From the NCBI GenBank assembly GCA_038206135.1, contig JBBRBD010000002.1:66896-130895 (forward strand): a DNA stretch of 64,000 bases, written 5' to 3'. Under the pieces are notes generated by a model, which saw nothing but the letters and a program-made list of their open reading frames with translations, had not been told where the DNA came from and did no database searches. Every line of letters starts with the position of its first letter. Position 1 is the stretch's first letter. Positions 18,687 through 29,282 of the stretch are shown one piece after another. Made by a program: the position numbers and the translations under genes. This DNA is from Patescibacteria group bacterium. Its GTDB lineage: Bacteria; Patescibacteriota; Microgenomatia; UBA8517.

Positions 18687-18737
18687 AAAAAAGTGGAGCG
18701 GTCTGTAGTGGGGGGTTCTAAGTTCCCACTACAGACC
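18687..18737 (-). terminator. Rho-independent terminator (13-bp stem) between convergent genes
   Basis: ggtctgtagtggg-(12 nt loop)-cccactacagacc, with a T6 run on the minus strand. Terminates the minus-strand gene 18748-18933. Confidence 0.6.
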
Positions 18738-18747
18738 AGAGAGATAT

Positions 18748-18933
18748 TTATTGGATTTCTGCGTAATGTGAAGGTCGGTCAACACTCGGTCCACCTTCAC
18801 GACGGTTGGTTTCATTGTGCTCCGTCACCATCGGATCCTCTGGCGCCCCGTTGCGGCGTGTGGTGAGCAAAGACATAATAAAATAAGCGATAGCGCCAAT
18901 AATAACGACGATAACGGCAAGCGGGTTGTCCAT
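18748..18933 (-). CDS. Small membrane protein
   Basis: 61 aa, TM helix IVVIIGAIAYFIMSLL, followed by a strong terminator. Confidence 0.4.
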   Translation of the reverse strand: MDNPLAVIVVIIGAIAYFIMSLLTTRRNGAPEDPMVTEHNETNRREGGPSVDRPSHYAEIQ

Positions 18934-19094
18934 GCTTTACTCCTTTTAACTTGACACTGTCCGTTGTTTACAGCCCTTATTATACCTCATAACGTGAAAT
19001 TTTCATAATATCCTATACTTTTGGTATACTAAACATCCTTAAACAAAAGTTTAAGGGGTTTTAGCTAGTTTCGAATTGCACTTTACATCTTGAA

Positions 19095-20672
19095 TTGAAG
19101 GGAGGGGATATGGTCCGATTTTTTCGAAATCATTGGCAGCTCACGGCTCTTTTAGCTTTAGTGTTGTTTCAATTGATAGCTGTAGGTGAAGGCTGGGTGT
19201 TATTTACCATAGGAAATGTTACTGTTTTCGGTGGTGATCATCTTTATATAACATTCCATGCGTTAATCATGCTTGGATACAAAGTTATCCAAAAAAGATG
19301 GGCCTACTTGCACAACAAATCTTCGATGAAGATTACTCGTTCTGCGTTAGCCGAAATGTTGATTGAAGATTATGCCGATTTCCCTAAAAAGCGTAAGCAG
19401 ATTTGGAGATTGGCGAATAGATACACAACATTTGATAAATTCATCTTTGATCTAAAGAAGAATGTCGGTTGTTCTCAGGAGCAAATTGTTGCTGCAGCGC
19501 GGAGATACTTTGGAGATAGCGCACCCCCAGTTTCACTTGTTGCTCCGATCTATGACTTAAAACAGTCAGAGCTCGAGTTGAACATTCGTTCACTTGCAAA
19601 TCAAGTTTATACGAACTTGGCGCATGTGTATTTGGTGATTAATGATGCAAAGGATATTGCAACAAAAGAATATCTAAACCATTTGATTGCTCACAATTAT
19701 AGTAATCATCACACTAAATTCCATGTGATTGTTGAAGGAAAAGCCGGGAAGCGAAATGCGCAGTGGACAGGATTTTGGGATTTTTGCCAGTTCGATGGTT
19801 CCAAGTACTTTGTGAACATGGACGGCGATGGTTTTGGGGATTTGTTTCTCTTGTTTAACTCCATTGTTCTAATGGAGAATAATCCCAAAATTGGGTTACT
19901 TACCGCAGACGTTCGGATCTCTAACTGGAAGCAAAATTGGCTTACGGTGATCACCGGCATTCGATATATGAATGCAGGTTGGGAAGAGCGTGCATCTCAA
20001 AGCCTGAAGGGTCAGATGATTTGTGGAAGCGGCCCATGGCTTGTTATGCGTCGCGAGGCAGTTCTGCCGATTCTTCCTCGCTGGAAAACGTTTACTGTCC
20101 AAGGACAGGAAGCGAACTTTGGCGATGACAGACAGCTCACCCTCGAAATAATGATGGAGGGTTGGTTAACAGTATTTGGGACAGATTGTATTGTATACAC
20201 CGATTGTCCAACAAGATTGAAACCATATTGGTGGCAGCAAGTTCGTTGGAACAAGTCTTCGTGGATATATAACTTTGTTATGTACACGCGAGGCCTCTGG
20301 CACAAACTTAACTGGTTTGTCAGACTCAGTGTCGCCTATTTAATGTTTTATCCATTTATCATGGTGTTCGCGATGGGGAATGTTTTTCTTCGCGTACTTT
20401 TGGTAAGTATTAGTAGTGGGTTAAGCTCTGGATGGGTGATTGCGTATCCATATGTCATGATCGTTCTCGTTGTTGGTTTTCTCTTCCAATCCTTGAGTGG
20501 GCTATTGCTCTTTCATGATTGGCGGTTTTTGCTTGCACCGTCATATGTATTCTTGTGGTTTGGTATTCAAATACCTGCACGGCCATATTCAGGTTTAACC
20601 TATGCAAATCAGGGCTGGGGAACGCGAAAAAAGCGTCCTGACACTGAACCTGAAGAGGAGACAGAAGATTGA
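19095..20672 (+). CDS. GT2 family processive beta-glycosyltransferase (hyaluronan/chitin/cellulose-synthase-like)
   Basis: QxxRW motif (WQQVRWNKS), GDDRQLT (ED/DxD region), multiple C-terminal TM helices. SD GGGAGGGG upstream. Confidence 0.75.
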   Translation: MKGGDMVRFFRNHWQLTALLALVLFQLIAVGEGWVLFTIGNVTVFGGDHLYITFHALIMLGYKVIQKRWAYLHNKSSMKITRSALAEMLIEDYADFPKKRKQIWRLANRYTTFDKFIFDLKKNVGCSQEQIVAAARRYFGDSAPPVSLVAPIYDLKQSELELNIRSLANQVYTNLAHVYLVINDAKDIATKEYLNHLIAHNYSNHHTKFHVIVEGKAGKRNAQWTGFWDFCQFDGSKYFVNMDGDGFGDLFLLFNSIVLMENNPKIGLLTADVRISNWKQNWLTVITGIRYMNAGWEERASQSLKGQMICGSGPWLVMRREAVLPILPRWKTFTVQGQEANFGDDRQLTLEIMMEGWLTVFGTDCIVYTDCPTRLKPYWWQQVRWNKSSWIYNFVMYTRGLWHKLNWFVRLSVAYLMFYPFIMVFAMGNVFLRVLLVSISSGLSSGWVIAYPYVMIVLVVGFLFQSLSGLLLFHDWRFLLAPSYVFLWFGIQIPARPYSGLTYANQGWGTRKKRPDTEPEEETED

Positions 20673-20681
20673 AGTTCTTAG

Positions 20682-20709
20682 CCCCGCACAACTGTGCGGG
20701 GTTTTCATT
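20682..20709 (+). terminator. Rho-independent terminator
   Basis: ccccgcac-aact-gtgcgggg followed by ttttcattt. Confidence 0.6.
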
Positions 20710-20743
20710 TGACCGTAAACAGTAAAACCTTTAGTATGAACTT

Positions 20744-23116
20744 ATGAGAATTTTCCGCTATATGTATAAAATAGCCCTTGTAGCATTCTTAGTCTTTTTT
20801 TTGGTAAGCATTGGGGTCTTTTTGAATACTAGGCCAAAGTCTCCAAATAAAAGCGAAGCACAAGTACAAACTCCAGAACCATCAGGGACCATTGCATCGA
20901 ACTCAAATCTTACGTTTCAAGGGGACGTAAAAGTTGAAGGGAATATGCAACTTGATGTGAATAAGCTGTCATACGCGGAGCCGAGTGGCCGAGTTCTGTC
21001 TATTGATACTAAGGGTAAGCTTGTTTTAGTACCAGATCAGGAAGGATCTGGAGCCATAACAAATATTACTCAATACAAGACAACAGGAGTTACTTTTCCA
21101 ACAGCAACAGACAGTGGTACAACCCTCTATTATGATGGGTCAAATTGGAAAGCGAACACCAACCTTTTTAACGGAGGGTCTGATATTGGTATTTATACAA
21201 CAAACCCACAAGCAAGCTTAATGGTTCAAAATAATGATGCTGCAAAAATCGCTTTTATTGTGCAAGGATACACGGGCCAAACAAATTCATTGACAGAATG
21301 GAGAGACGCAAATGGAGTGGACCTAACTTCAATTGATGCACACGGAAAATTAACTATTAATAACAGCTCGAATGGTCACAGTATTGAGCTTACCCCAACA
21401 GGAGATTCTGGATATTTGTCATCCTCAGGTGGGGTCATATTTATAAATAATACTCAAAACCTTGGATCTGGAATTGGAATTTATTCAAATGCAGGTGCTG
21501 ATGCCTTGGGGAACATGATTAATATTAAGGTCGATAATACTGCGTATGCTCAGGCCGCATTCTATATGAACTACGATGGCAGTAGTAATGCAGTAGAGAT
21601 TGTGAGTAATGGTACTGATAGTTCTTCAAATGCACTTGCGGTCACGGGATACAATCCAAACGATAGCACCGTTGGAATTATCGGGTATGAAACAGGGAGG
21701 GGTACCATAAAGGTTTCGCACAATGGAACCGGAAGTGATAGTAATGCCTCAGGTCTTTCAATTGATCTAAAAGGAACAGGTACCAGATCTCAAGGTATAT
21801 ATGTTGATTCGACAGCAACGGCAGGAACACTCGGTAACTTATTAAGACTGCGAAATCAAACAATAGACCGGTTTGTAGTAGATAAGGCAGGCTCACTCGC
21901 AATCGGAGGATATGGAACCGACACTTCAATTACAAAATATGGAAACACTACAAACGATCAATTCTTTGTCGGGACAAACGGCGCCTTCCGGATTCAACGC
22001 TCGGCCACAGACTCAGAAGCATTTAGAACTCAAGTTGCAGGCGACATTCAAGGCAGATGGCTTGGTACTTCTGATGGAAAACTTAAATTTGGAAGTGGGA
22101 GTGCACTACAAGATACAGTCTTGCAGAGGATTGGAGTAGGAATATTGCAAGTAGACTCTGGACTTTCTGTAACAACAAATCTGGGGGTTGGTGCAACTAC
22201 ATTTGACGCAACTGGAGACAACATCTTAACGCTCCTAAATGGGACAGCACCAGCGGCATCTGTAATTCACAGTGTACAGCTCTGGGCAGAGAACGTAGCC
22301 TCAAGCAGTGAACTGCGCGTTCGAGATGAGGCGGGGAACATTACGACTCTCTCTCCTCACAATTTCTCTCTTATTCCCGGTGGCGCTAGTGAAGATCTGT
22401 CATGGAGTTACTATTCAGAAAAAAATAACACTGCTATTAACGTCGATATGCTTGCAGCATTGAGAGCGCTTGAGTCTCTGTCGCAGAAACAGTTTGTATA
22501 TGAAAAGAACTTAGACACTGGACAAGAAATAGCTCCGACGGCTTCAAACGTCTTAACTATGAACACAAACGTAGACATGAAAACAAAAGAGGCGATATCT
22601 GAAGCATTTAACTTGGCTGTTAATAAGGTGGAATTTGAAAAGCATGTAACTTTGGCGGAAAACGTATGGAGTTTCATCTCAGATGTCGCATTCAAAGCAA
22701 AGTCTGTATTTGAAAAATCAGCGACATTTTTAGCAGAAGCGATCTTTCAAGGACCAATCACAGTGAACGCCGATACTTCAGGAAGTGTTACGGTTCCTGA
22801 AGGCACAAAACGATTTGCAGTCACTTTTGAAAATACGTTTACTAAGCCACCAGTTGTATATATAACTCCAAAGTCTGCAAACAGTAGCTTTGAGATACAA
22901 AATATTACTACGATTGGTTTTGAAATTTCACTTTCAAAACCACTTGCAAATGCAACTGATTTCTCATGGCTTGCACTTTTGAGTGCTGACAGTAGTTTTA
23001 ATCATTTAAAGGTGTTGGAAACCTCAAATGTCGGATCAGTTGTGCCCGAAAATACGACACAGCCATCGCCTTCGCCAATTCCACTTGAAAGTACTCCTTC
23101 AGCTGTTCTACAGTGA
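20744..23116 (+). CDS. Membrane-anchored surface protein, beta-helix-like, with C-terminal H-type-lectin-like domain
   Basis: N-terminal TM, long G/N/T-rich repetitive beta region. The C-terminal approx. 120 aa (VTVPEGTKRFAVTFENTFTKPPVVYITP...NITTIGFEI...FSWLAL) resembles the H_lectin fold (inference). P-rich tail. Confidence 0.55.
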   Translation: MRIFRYMYKIALVAFLVFFLVSIGVFLNTRPKSPNKSEAQVQTPEPSGTIASNSNLTFQGDVKVEGNMQLDVNKLSYAEPSGRVLSIDTKGKLVLVPDQEGSGAITNITQYKTTGVTFPTATDSGTTLYYDGSNWKANTNLFNGGSDIGIYTTNPQASLMVQNNDAAKIAFIVQGYTGQTNSLTEWRDANGVDLTSIDAHGKLTINNSSNGHSIELTPTGDSGYLSSSGGVIFINNTQNLGSGIGIYSNAGADALGNMINIKVDNTAYAQAAFYMNYDGSSNAVEIVSNGTDSSSNALAVTGYNPNDSTVGIIGYETGRGTIKVSHNGTGSDSNASGLSIDLKGTGTRSQGIYVDSTATAGTLGNLLRLRNQTIDRFVVDKAGSLAIGGYGTDTSITKYGNTTNDQFFVGTNGAFRIQRSATDSEAFRTQVAGDIQGRWLGTSDGKLKFGSGSALQDTVLQRIGVGILQVDSGLSVTTNLGVGATTFDATGDNILTLLNGTAPAASVIHSVQLWAENVASSSELRVRDEAGNITTLSPHNFSLIPGGASEDLSWSYYSEKNNTAINVDMLAALRALESLSQKQFVYEKNLDTGQEIAPTASNVLTMNTNVDMKTKEAISEAFNLAVNKVEFEKHVTLAENVWSFISDVAFKAKSVFEKSATFLAEAIFQGPITVNADTSGSVTVPEGTKRFAVTFENTFTKPPVVYITPKSANSSFEIQNITTIGFEISLSKPLANATDFSWLALLSADSSFNHLKVLETSNVGSVVPENTTQPSPSPIPLESTPSAVLQ

Positions 23117-23138
23117 AATATAAGGGGGTGACTTAAAA

Positions 23139-23390
23139 ATGATGGATAAAAAAATGATGGGTTGGATGCACATGCTTGCATTTGTGCTTGTTATAGTTGG
23201 AGCTCTCAATTGGGGCCTCGTTGGACTTTTGAACTTCAATCTTGTTGAAATGATCTTCGGTATGTCGAGTCTTACTCAACTTGTATATGTTCTTGTTGGA
23301 GTCTCTGGTTTGTATCTCATACTCACACATCAGAAGGATTGCAGTTGTTGTGAAATGATGATGAAGGGAACGACAGGTAAGAAGAAGTAA
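23139..23390 (+). CDS. DUF378 family membrane protein
   Basis: WMHMLAFVLVIVGALNWGLVGLLNFNLVEMIFG is the DUF378 signature. Confidence 0.75.
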   Translation: MMDKKMMGWMHMLAFVLVIVGALNWGLVGLLNFNLVEMIFGMSSLTQLVYVLVGVSGLYLILTHQKDCSCCEMMMKGTTGKKK

Positions 23391-23392
23391 CC

Positions 23393-24661
23393 TTAGTTTT
23401 TAGTTTGAACTGGCTTGGCTGTTGGACTCGGTGTAGGGGACGTTTGTGAAGTCACAAAATCTCGGATACTTTGCCAATTATCTAAGCCAGTTTTCGGCTC
23501 CAAAATATATTGTCTGTCTGAACTATATGTCTCAATTAATGCATTGTCGGTGGAGAGCGCAACTGAATTTATGGTATAGCTTTTAAAATCATTTATTTGA
23601 GTTGCCAGGGACTGCATAACATCAAGTGGAATATCTGTTCTTAAGTCTCCGGCAAGAGACTGGATGAACGGAATTGCTTTAGTCACAAATCCAAGTTGTA
23701 AGACTTTGTTCTTTACTGCAACCATAATTTCTTTTTGTCTGTTACTTCTGGCAAAATCACTCCCATCTTGCAGAGAATGCCGGGATCTGGCAAATTTCAG
23801 TGCCGTTTGTCCATCCATGTGCACTAGTCCCTTGGTGAATACTAAATCTTCATACCTACACATAAAATTGTGCTCGAGTAGATCTCCTGACATTGTTGCT
23901 GTGAGGGCTTTAATCTCTTCATCAGACTTTCCGCAGGACTCTGTTTCTTTGTCAGGGAGTGGATAGTATGGGTCTTCAAAACTTTTAGTGACAGTTACGT
24001 CAACACCGCCCAAAATATCAATTGATTTTTGGAACCCTTGGAAATCCAAGCTAACAAAATATCGGACTGGCACCCCAAAAATTTCTGTAACAATGTCTTT
24101 AGCCAGTGTTCCTCCGCCTGCGGCACCGGTGTATTTTGCCTCCTTATTGGGGTATTTTTTGTCATCAAGTCCAATTACATAGGCTGCATTTATTTTTATG
24201 TGTTCTGTTGTAGTTGTACTTGTCGGGATTGGTACCCAAAGGTCACGGGGGATAGAAATAAGATCAACTCGAGTTAATCGTGGATTCACGAGTGCCAAAA
24301 TCATCGTATCTGATAAAAATCCACCTTGTGAATTGTCTCCTCGCATTCCCAAAAGAAGTATTCCATATGCGGCCAGAGGATCTGGTGTTGGTGATGGGGT
24401 GGACGATGATCCTGTCCCTGGATTTGCAGTTACTATGATTTGTGAGATTGTGTGTCGAAAGGTCAAATAGGCTGCTGTTGAGGCAAAACCCACTATAAAA
24501 AGGAGCAAAAAACACACTCCAATGATAACTTTTGTGCGCATGTCACTATTATACCCTGTAAACTTGCCAAATATCCAAAGTAGGTATATAATTACAGCAA
24601 ATAACAAAATTAAAAGATAAAAATATTTATCTTCATAAATGAGTCTAGAAAAATCTAGCAC
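23393..24661 (-). CDS. LCP (LytR-CpsA-Psr) family cell-envelope phosphotransferase
   Basis: ILLLGMRGD...SDTMILALVNP...LISIPRDLWVPIP is the LCP core. N-terminal TM. Confidence 0.75.
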   Translation of the reverse strand: MLDFSRLIYEDKYFYLLILLFAVIIYLLWIFGKFTGYNSDMRTKVIIGVCFLLLFIVGFASTAAYLTFRHTISQIIVTANPGTGSSSTPSPTPDPLAAYGILLLGMRGDNSQGGFLSDTMILALVNPRLTRVDLISIPRDLWVPIPTSTTTTEHIKINAAYVIGLDDKKYPNKEAKYTGAAGGGTLAKDIVTEIFGVPVRYFVSLDFQGFQKSIDILGGVDVTVTKSFEDPYYPLPDKETESCGKSDEEIKALTATMSGDLLEHNFMCRYEDLVFTKGLVHMDGQTALKFARSRHSLQDGSDFARSNRQKEIMVAVKNKVLQLGFVTKAIPFIQSLAGDLRTDIPLDVMQSLATQINDFKSYTINSVALSTDNALIETYSSDRQYILEPKTGLDNWQSIRDFVTSQTSPTPSPTAKPVQTKN

Positions 24662-24708
24662 TCCAAATATATAAAGTTATTCACCCAAAACAAGGAGGTG
24701 AAAAAATA

Positions 24709-25224
24709 ATGGTAAACAATCAAGAATTATTATACGTAGTAGACGAGTTTGACACTCCACTTGCGCCTATGACTCGAAAAGAAGTTATGGAACAAGGACA
24801 CTGGAGGCGAACTGCTCATGTGTGGATTATAAACTCCAAAAATGAAGTTCTCTGTCAAAGACGGTCTATGAAAAAAGATATGGCCCCTGGAAAATGGGAA
24901 GCTTCTGTTGCCGGACATTTAAGTCCAGAAGACAATTACTTTACGGGCGCAGCTCGAGAAGTAAACGAAGAAACAGGACTTCCAATTAAGGCACAACACT
25001 TGGAACTTATTAAGATCTATAAAGATCATGAATTCCGAGAATACCGAGGAATTTTCCTTTGTAAGTGGGATGCTGAAAAGCACGAAATTATTAGTGAAGA
25101 AGATGAAGTTTCTGCTGTAAAGTTTGTGAAAATCTCCACACTTAAAAAATATTTAAGTGGAAAAGACAATACAAACTGGGTAAAACCTTCATACGTGAAG
25201 GATGTTTTTTCAGTTTTAAATTAA
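24709..25224 (+). CDS. NUDIX hydrolase
   Basis: Nudix box GKWEASVAGHLSPEDNYFTGAAREVNEETGL. Confidence 0.75.
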   Translation: MVNNQELLYVVDEFDTPLAPMTRKEVMEQGHWRRTAHVWIINSKNEVLCQRRSMKKDMAPGKWEASVAGHLSPEDNYFTGAAREVNEETGLPIKAQHLELIKIYKDHEFREYRGIFLCKWDAEKHEIISEEDEVSAVKFVKISTLKKYLSGKDNTNWVKPSYVKDVFSVLN

Positions 25225-25280
25225 AGAGATCAAAACTCTTTAAACAGAAAGGCGACTCATAGGTCGTTCTTTTTTGTGGC

Positions 25281-25943
25281 TTACCAGCTGACAGCTTCCT
25301 CTTCATGCCTAATTAAATATGTATTTGCTTTTGAAAATGGTCGACTCCCGAAAAAACCTCTGTCGGCTGAAAAAGGGGAAGGATGTGGTGACGCTAAAAC
25401 TAAATGTTTTTGTTTGTCTATATGTTCACCCTTCTTCTGTGCGTACGCCCCCCACAATATAAATACCAAGTGTTCTTTCTTTTCATTTAAGATTTTTATA
25501 ACAGCATCAGTAAACACTTCCCATCCTTTATTTTGATGGCTTCCAGGCTTTCCAGCTTCGACGGTGAGTGTTGCATTTAAGAGGAGCACTCCTTGTCGAG
25601 CCCATCGTTCCAAATCACCAGAATCTTTTGTTCTTATTCCAATATCTGTTTTAATCTCTTTATAAATGTTTTGAAGTGAAGGAGGTGTTCGAATTCCTTC
25701 CGACACAGAGAAACTCAAACCATTTGCTTGGTTTGCACCGTGATACGGGTCCTGTCCTAAAATTACAACTCTCACTTGGTCAAATGGAGTTTCGTTAAAG
25801 GCTGTAAAAATTTTGGAAGAAGGTGGGTACACTGTTTTATTTTTGTACTCAGATTTTACAAACTGAGTAAGTTTTTTAAAATACGGTTTATCGAATTCAG
25901 TTTGTAAAACTGTTTTCCAGCTGGGCTCAATTTTAACGTCCAT
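25281..25943 (-). CDS. ung: Uracil-DNA glycosylase, family 1
   Basis: VVILGQDPYH, GVLLLNATLTV and LASPHPSPFSA motifs. Start trimmed to MDVKIEPSW. Confidence 0.9.
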   Translation of the reverse strand: MDVKIEPSWKTVLQTEFDKPYFKKLTQFVKSEYKNKTVYPPSSKIFTAFNETPFDQVRVVILGQDPYHGANQANGLSFSVSEGIRTPPSLQNIYKEIKTDIGIRTKDSGDLERWARQGVLLLNATLTVEAGKPGSHQNKGWEVFTDAVIKILNEKKEHLVFILWGAYAQKKGEHIDKQKHLVLASPHPSPFSADRGFFGSRPFSKANTYLIRHEEEAVSW

Positions 25944-26281
25944 TGTGCTTATCTTAAAAACTATTATAATCTTGGTTATCGTAATTGTAACTTGTGAAAG
26001 GAACAGGGATGCCAATTAAAAATCCAGAGACAATAATTACGGTTATTCTAGAAAATGGAAATGGAGCGGTTCTCCAGAAGAGAATCAAAGGGCAGTCTGA
26101 TGTTTGGCTCAAAGGATCAGAAAAGTTCGTAAATGCTCATCATTTTCGAAAGAAAATATTGAAAATGCAAGAATTGTTGCATGATTTCCCAGCTCGGGAT
26201 GGGGTGATTGCAATACAGGTTGAAAAGGAAAATGGTATTTGGAATACAAATGCTCGTAAGTTTTTTAGAAAATAGCGAAAG

Positions 26282-26308
26282 GGGCGCACAATTGCGCCCT
26301 AATTTTTT
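26282..26308 (+). terminator. Rho-independent terminator
   Basis: gggcgca-caat-tgcgccc followed by taatttttt. Confidence 0.6.
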
Positions 26309-26337
26309 GCATTAGAAAGGGATATACTAAATTTTGT

Positions 26338-27357
26338 ATGCACACAGAAAATAAAAAACCATGGTACAAACGACCACGAACTTGGATTGTTATCGTTGTC
26401 TTAATTGTTTTGTTCTTTGTCATTCGAAATTTTACGACTGGAACTAGTACTCCTCGAGAAACTGCAACTATTACTCGCGGAACCGTAAAAGAAGAGCTGG
26501 TTTTATCTGGAGAATTGAAAGCAACACAGAATGCAAACCTGCAATTCAATTTGTCAGGGAAACTTGCATGGATAGGGGTAAAGGTCGGAGATATCGCGAC
26601 AAAGGGACAAGCATTAATGCAGCTTGATACCACTGCAATAAATGCCGTATATCAACAATCGAGGTCAACGCTACATGCTTCAGAAGCAAACGTAAACTAT
26701 GTACATGACACTCTTAAGAACAAAGACAGTACTGAAACCTTTGCTGAAACAAATACCCGAGTTTCAGCAGAAGTAACACACGACAATGCCTATAACGCCA
26801 TGCTTGCCGCACAAAAGTCCTTGAAAGACGCAATAATTACGGCTCCTTTTTCGGGAATAATTTCGCAGCTGACGAACGAAACGCCGGGGGTTAATATTAC
26901 TGCAGCCACACCTCAAATTAATTTAGTTAATCCTGCAACGCTTTATTTTTCGGTGAATGCAGATCAAACAGATATTGCGCGTTTACAAGTCGGACAGAAA
27001 GCTCAAATTGTGTTAGATGCATTCTCAGGAGAAATGCTTACTGCCACTATTTCTCAAATCTCATTCACTCCTAGCACTTCTGACACGGGAACGGTATATC
27101 CGCTTCGCTTAACCTTATCAGTCGACAATAGTTCATATAAATACAAAGTTGGGATGACGGGGGATACAACTTTTGTGCTTTCTCAAAAAGACAATGTGCT
27201 TTCACTTCCGACGAAATTTGTGAAGAGTGATAAAGATGGAAAATATGTATTCATCGACGACAAAAACACTAAAAAATATGTTCAGCTCGGGATAGAAGGT
27301 GATGAAACGACAGAGATAAAAACAGATTTGCCTGAAGGAACGACAGTTTTTAACTAA
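26338..27357 (+). CDS. Efflux transporter periplasmic adaptor subunit (HlyD/MacA-like)
   Basis: N-terminal TM, biotinyl/lipoyl-like hairpin and beta-barrel regions. Sits immediately upstream of the MacB-like ABC pair. Confidence 0.7.
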   Translation: MHTENKKPWYKRPRTWIVIVVLIVLFFVIRNFTTGTSTPRETATITRGTVKEELVLSGELKATQNANLQFNLSGKLAWIGVKVGDIATKGQALMQLDTTAINAVYQQSRSTLHASEANVNYVHDTLKNKDSTETFAETNTRVSAEVTHDNAYNAMLAAQKSLKDAIITAPFSGIISQLTNETPGVNITAATPQINLVNPATLYFSVNADQTDIARLQVGQKAQIVLDAFSGEMLTATISQISFTPSTSDTGTVYPLRLTLSVDNSSYKYKVGMTGDTTFVLSQKDNVLSLPTKFVKSDKDGKYVFIDDKNTKKYVQLGIEGDETTEIKTDLPEGTTVFN

Positions 27358-27361
27358 CTTC

Positions 27362-28036
27362 ATGATTCAAGTAAAAAACGTAAATAAAGTTTACGAAGTA
27401 GCCGATGGTCAGTTTTATGCGCTAAAAAATATAAACCTGGAAATAAAAGATAGAGAATACGTTGGAATCCTGGGTACTTCTGGTTCCGGTAAATCCACAC
27501 TGATGCATATTATTGGACTTTTAGATAAACCATCAACCGGGGAAGTGTTAATAAATAACAGAAATGCAGAGAAACTTTCAGATAACGAACTGTCATCACT
27601 TCGAGGACAAACAATTGGATTTGTGTTTCAACAATTCAATTTGATTCAAAAGCTCACCGTACTCGAAAACATTTTACTTCCCACCGTGTATGCAAAACAT
27701 AAGCTTCCCTTTGAACCAATTGTCTATGGAAAAGAGTTACTGCAACTGCTTGGTATTCCCGAAAAAGCGGATATGTATCCAAATCGTCTTTCAGGAGGAC
27801 AACAACAACGGGTGGCTATTGCCCGTGCACTCATTATGAAACCAACAGTGGTTTTGGCTGATGAGCCGACCGGAAATCTAGACAGCAAAACAGGTGAAGA
27901 AATTTTACAATTACTGGAAAAATTAAATCATGACCTTGGGGTAACAATTTGTATTGTGACACACGACAAAAATGTAGCGAAGCGCACCAATAGACAAATT
28001 TTCGTAAAAGATGGAGAAATTGTAAATAAATATTAA
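27362..28036 (+). CDS. ABC transporter ATP-binding protein (MacB/LolD/FtsE family)
   Basis: Walker A GTSGSGKST, signature LSGGQQQRVAIARAL, Walker B VLADEPTGNLD. Confidence 0.9.
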   Translation: MIQVKNVNKVYEVADGQFYALKNINLEIKDREYVGILGTSGSGKSTLMHIIGLLDKPSTGEVLINNRNAEKLSDNELSSLRGQTIGFVFQQFNLIQKLTVLENILLPTVYAKHKLPFEPIVYGKELLQLLGIPEKADMYPNRLSGGQQQRVAIARALIMKPTVVLADEPTGNLDSKTGEEILQLLEKLNHDLGVTICIVTHDKNVAKRTNRQIFVKDGEIVNKY

Positions 28037-29254
28037 ATGAAATACATTAGCTTTCAGCTTAAAACTGCACTTAAAAATTTTGGAAGAAACAAAGTACGAA
28101 CTGTGCTTACGTCCCTCGGAATTCTCATTGGCGTGTTGTCTGTCGTAATTCTGATTGCTCTCGGAGTTGGTTTGAAAAATTATATTGAAGGGCAATTCCA
28201 AAGTTTGGGAAGTAATCTATTGTTTATTTTACCGGGACAAGTACTTGGTTCAAATGGTCAATTTCAAGGAGGTAGTGGCGGAAGAGTTTCTGGAACTACA
28301 TTTGATGAAAGAACAGTTGCAGACTTAAAGCGTGGCCTGACTATTGATTACATCGTCCCAATTTATACAAAAAGCATAACTATTGACGCTAATGGAAATT
28401 CAAAAGGAGGGAGCATTTTTGCCTCAACGGAAGATGTTTTTGCAATTTACAACTTGGAGCCACAAGCAGGGATATTGTTTACTTCAGCAGATGTTGGGAA
28501 GAGAGCAAAAAGCGTCGTGATTGGGAGTAACCTTGCAAATAGTCTTTTTGGCGACGCCGGTAGTGCTGTTGGAAAAAAGATCGTACTCGATAGTCAGCGC
28601 TTTTCAGTTATTGGAGTAACAAAAGAAAAAGGAGGAGGAGGTTTTGGAGGTCCGAGTTTTGACGACGGAGTATATATGCCCTATACAACCTCATTTTCAG
28701 GACTGAATCCTGACCGTAAATTTGCAGCAATTTATTTGGGCGTAGGAAATAATGGAGATATAGATGCGGTGAAAGATACTGCTGAAAAAATCATGCTAAA
28801 AAAATATAAAAAAGACGACTTTTCAATTGTTAAGCAAACAGAGATCTTAAACGCAATTACCTCAATTTTTTCGATTATCAATTCTGTACTCATTGCGATT
28901 GGTTCAATTTCTCTGGTTGTTGGTGGAATTGGAATTATGAATATTATGTATGCCAATGTGACGGAGCGCACAAAAGAGGTTGGAATTAGACGAGCAATAG
29001 GGGCTACTAAAAACGATATTTTATTTCAGTTCTTGACTGAAAGTGTATTGCTTTCACTCATTGGAGGAGTAGGAGGGCTACTGTTTGCAATACTTATTGT
29101 GGCGGGTGTTTCTCAGTTTTTCCCCCTGGCAATAAACGTGACCTCAGTTGTAGCTGCTCTCGGAATTAGTACCGCGATTGGTGTCTTTTTTGGAGTTTTC
29201 CCAGCGAGACGTGCGGCAAATCTTGCACCGATTGAGGCAATTCGATACGAATAA
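28037..29254 (+). CDS. ABC transporter permease (MacB/FtsX family)
   Basis: MacB periplasmic domain plus 4-TM FtsX-like region. Confidence 0.85.
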   Translation: MKYISFQLKTALKNFGRNKVRTVLTSLGILIGVLSVVILIALGVGLKNYIEGQFQSLGSNLLFILPGQVLGSNGQFQGGSGGRVSGTTFDERTVADLKRGLTIDYIVPIYTKSITIDANGNSKGGSIFASTEDVFAIYNLEPQAGILFTSADVGKRAKSVVIGSNLANSLFGDAGSAVGKKIVLDSQRFSVIGVTKEKGGGGFGGPSFDDGVYMPYTTSFSGLNPDRKFAAIYLGVGNNGDIDAVKDTAEKIMLKKYKKDDFSIVKQTEILNAITSIFSIINSVLIAIGSISLVVGGIGIMNIMYANVTERTKEVGIRRAIGATKNDILFQFLTESVLLSLIGGVGGLLFAILIVAGVSQFFPLAINVTSVVAALGISTAIGVFFGVFPARRAANLAPIEAIRYE

Positions 29255-29282
29255 TATCCTCTTTTGTGTTACAGTTTCCACT

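Noticed and set aside
29178-29282. ORF-track start of the HhH-GPD glycosylase at 29178
   Set aside because: It would overlap the MacB permease stop (29254) by 77 nt. The family N-terminus aligns to a start at the GTG at 29283.
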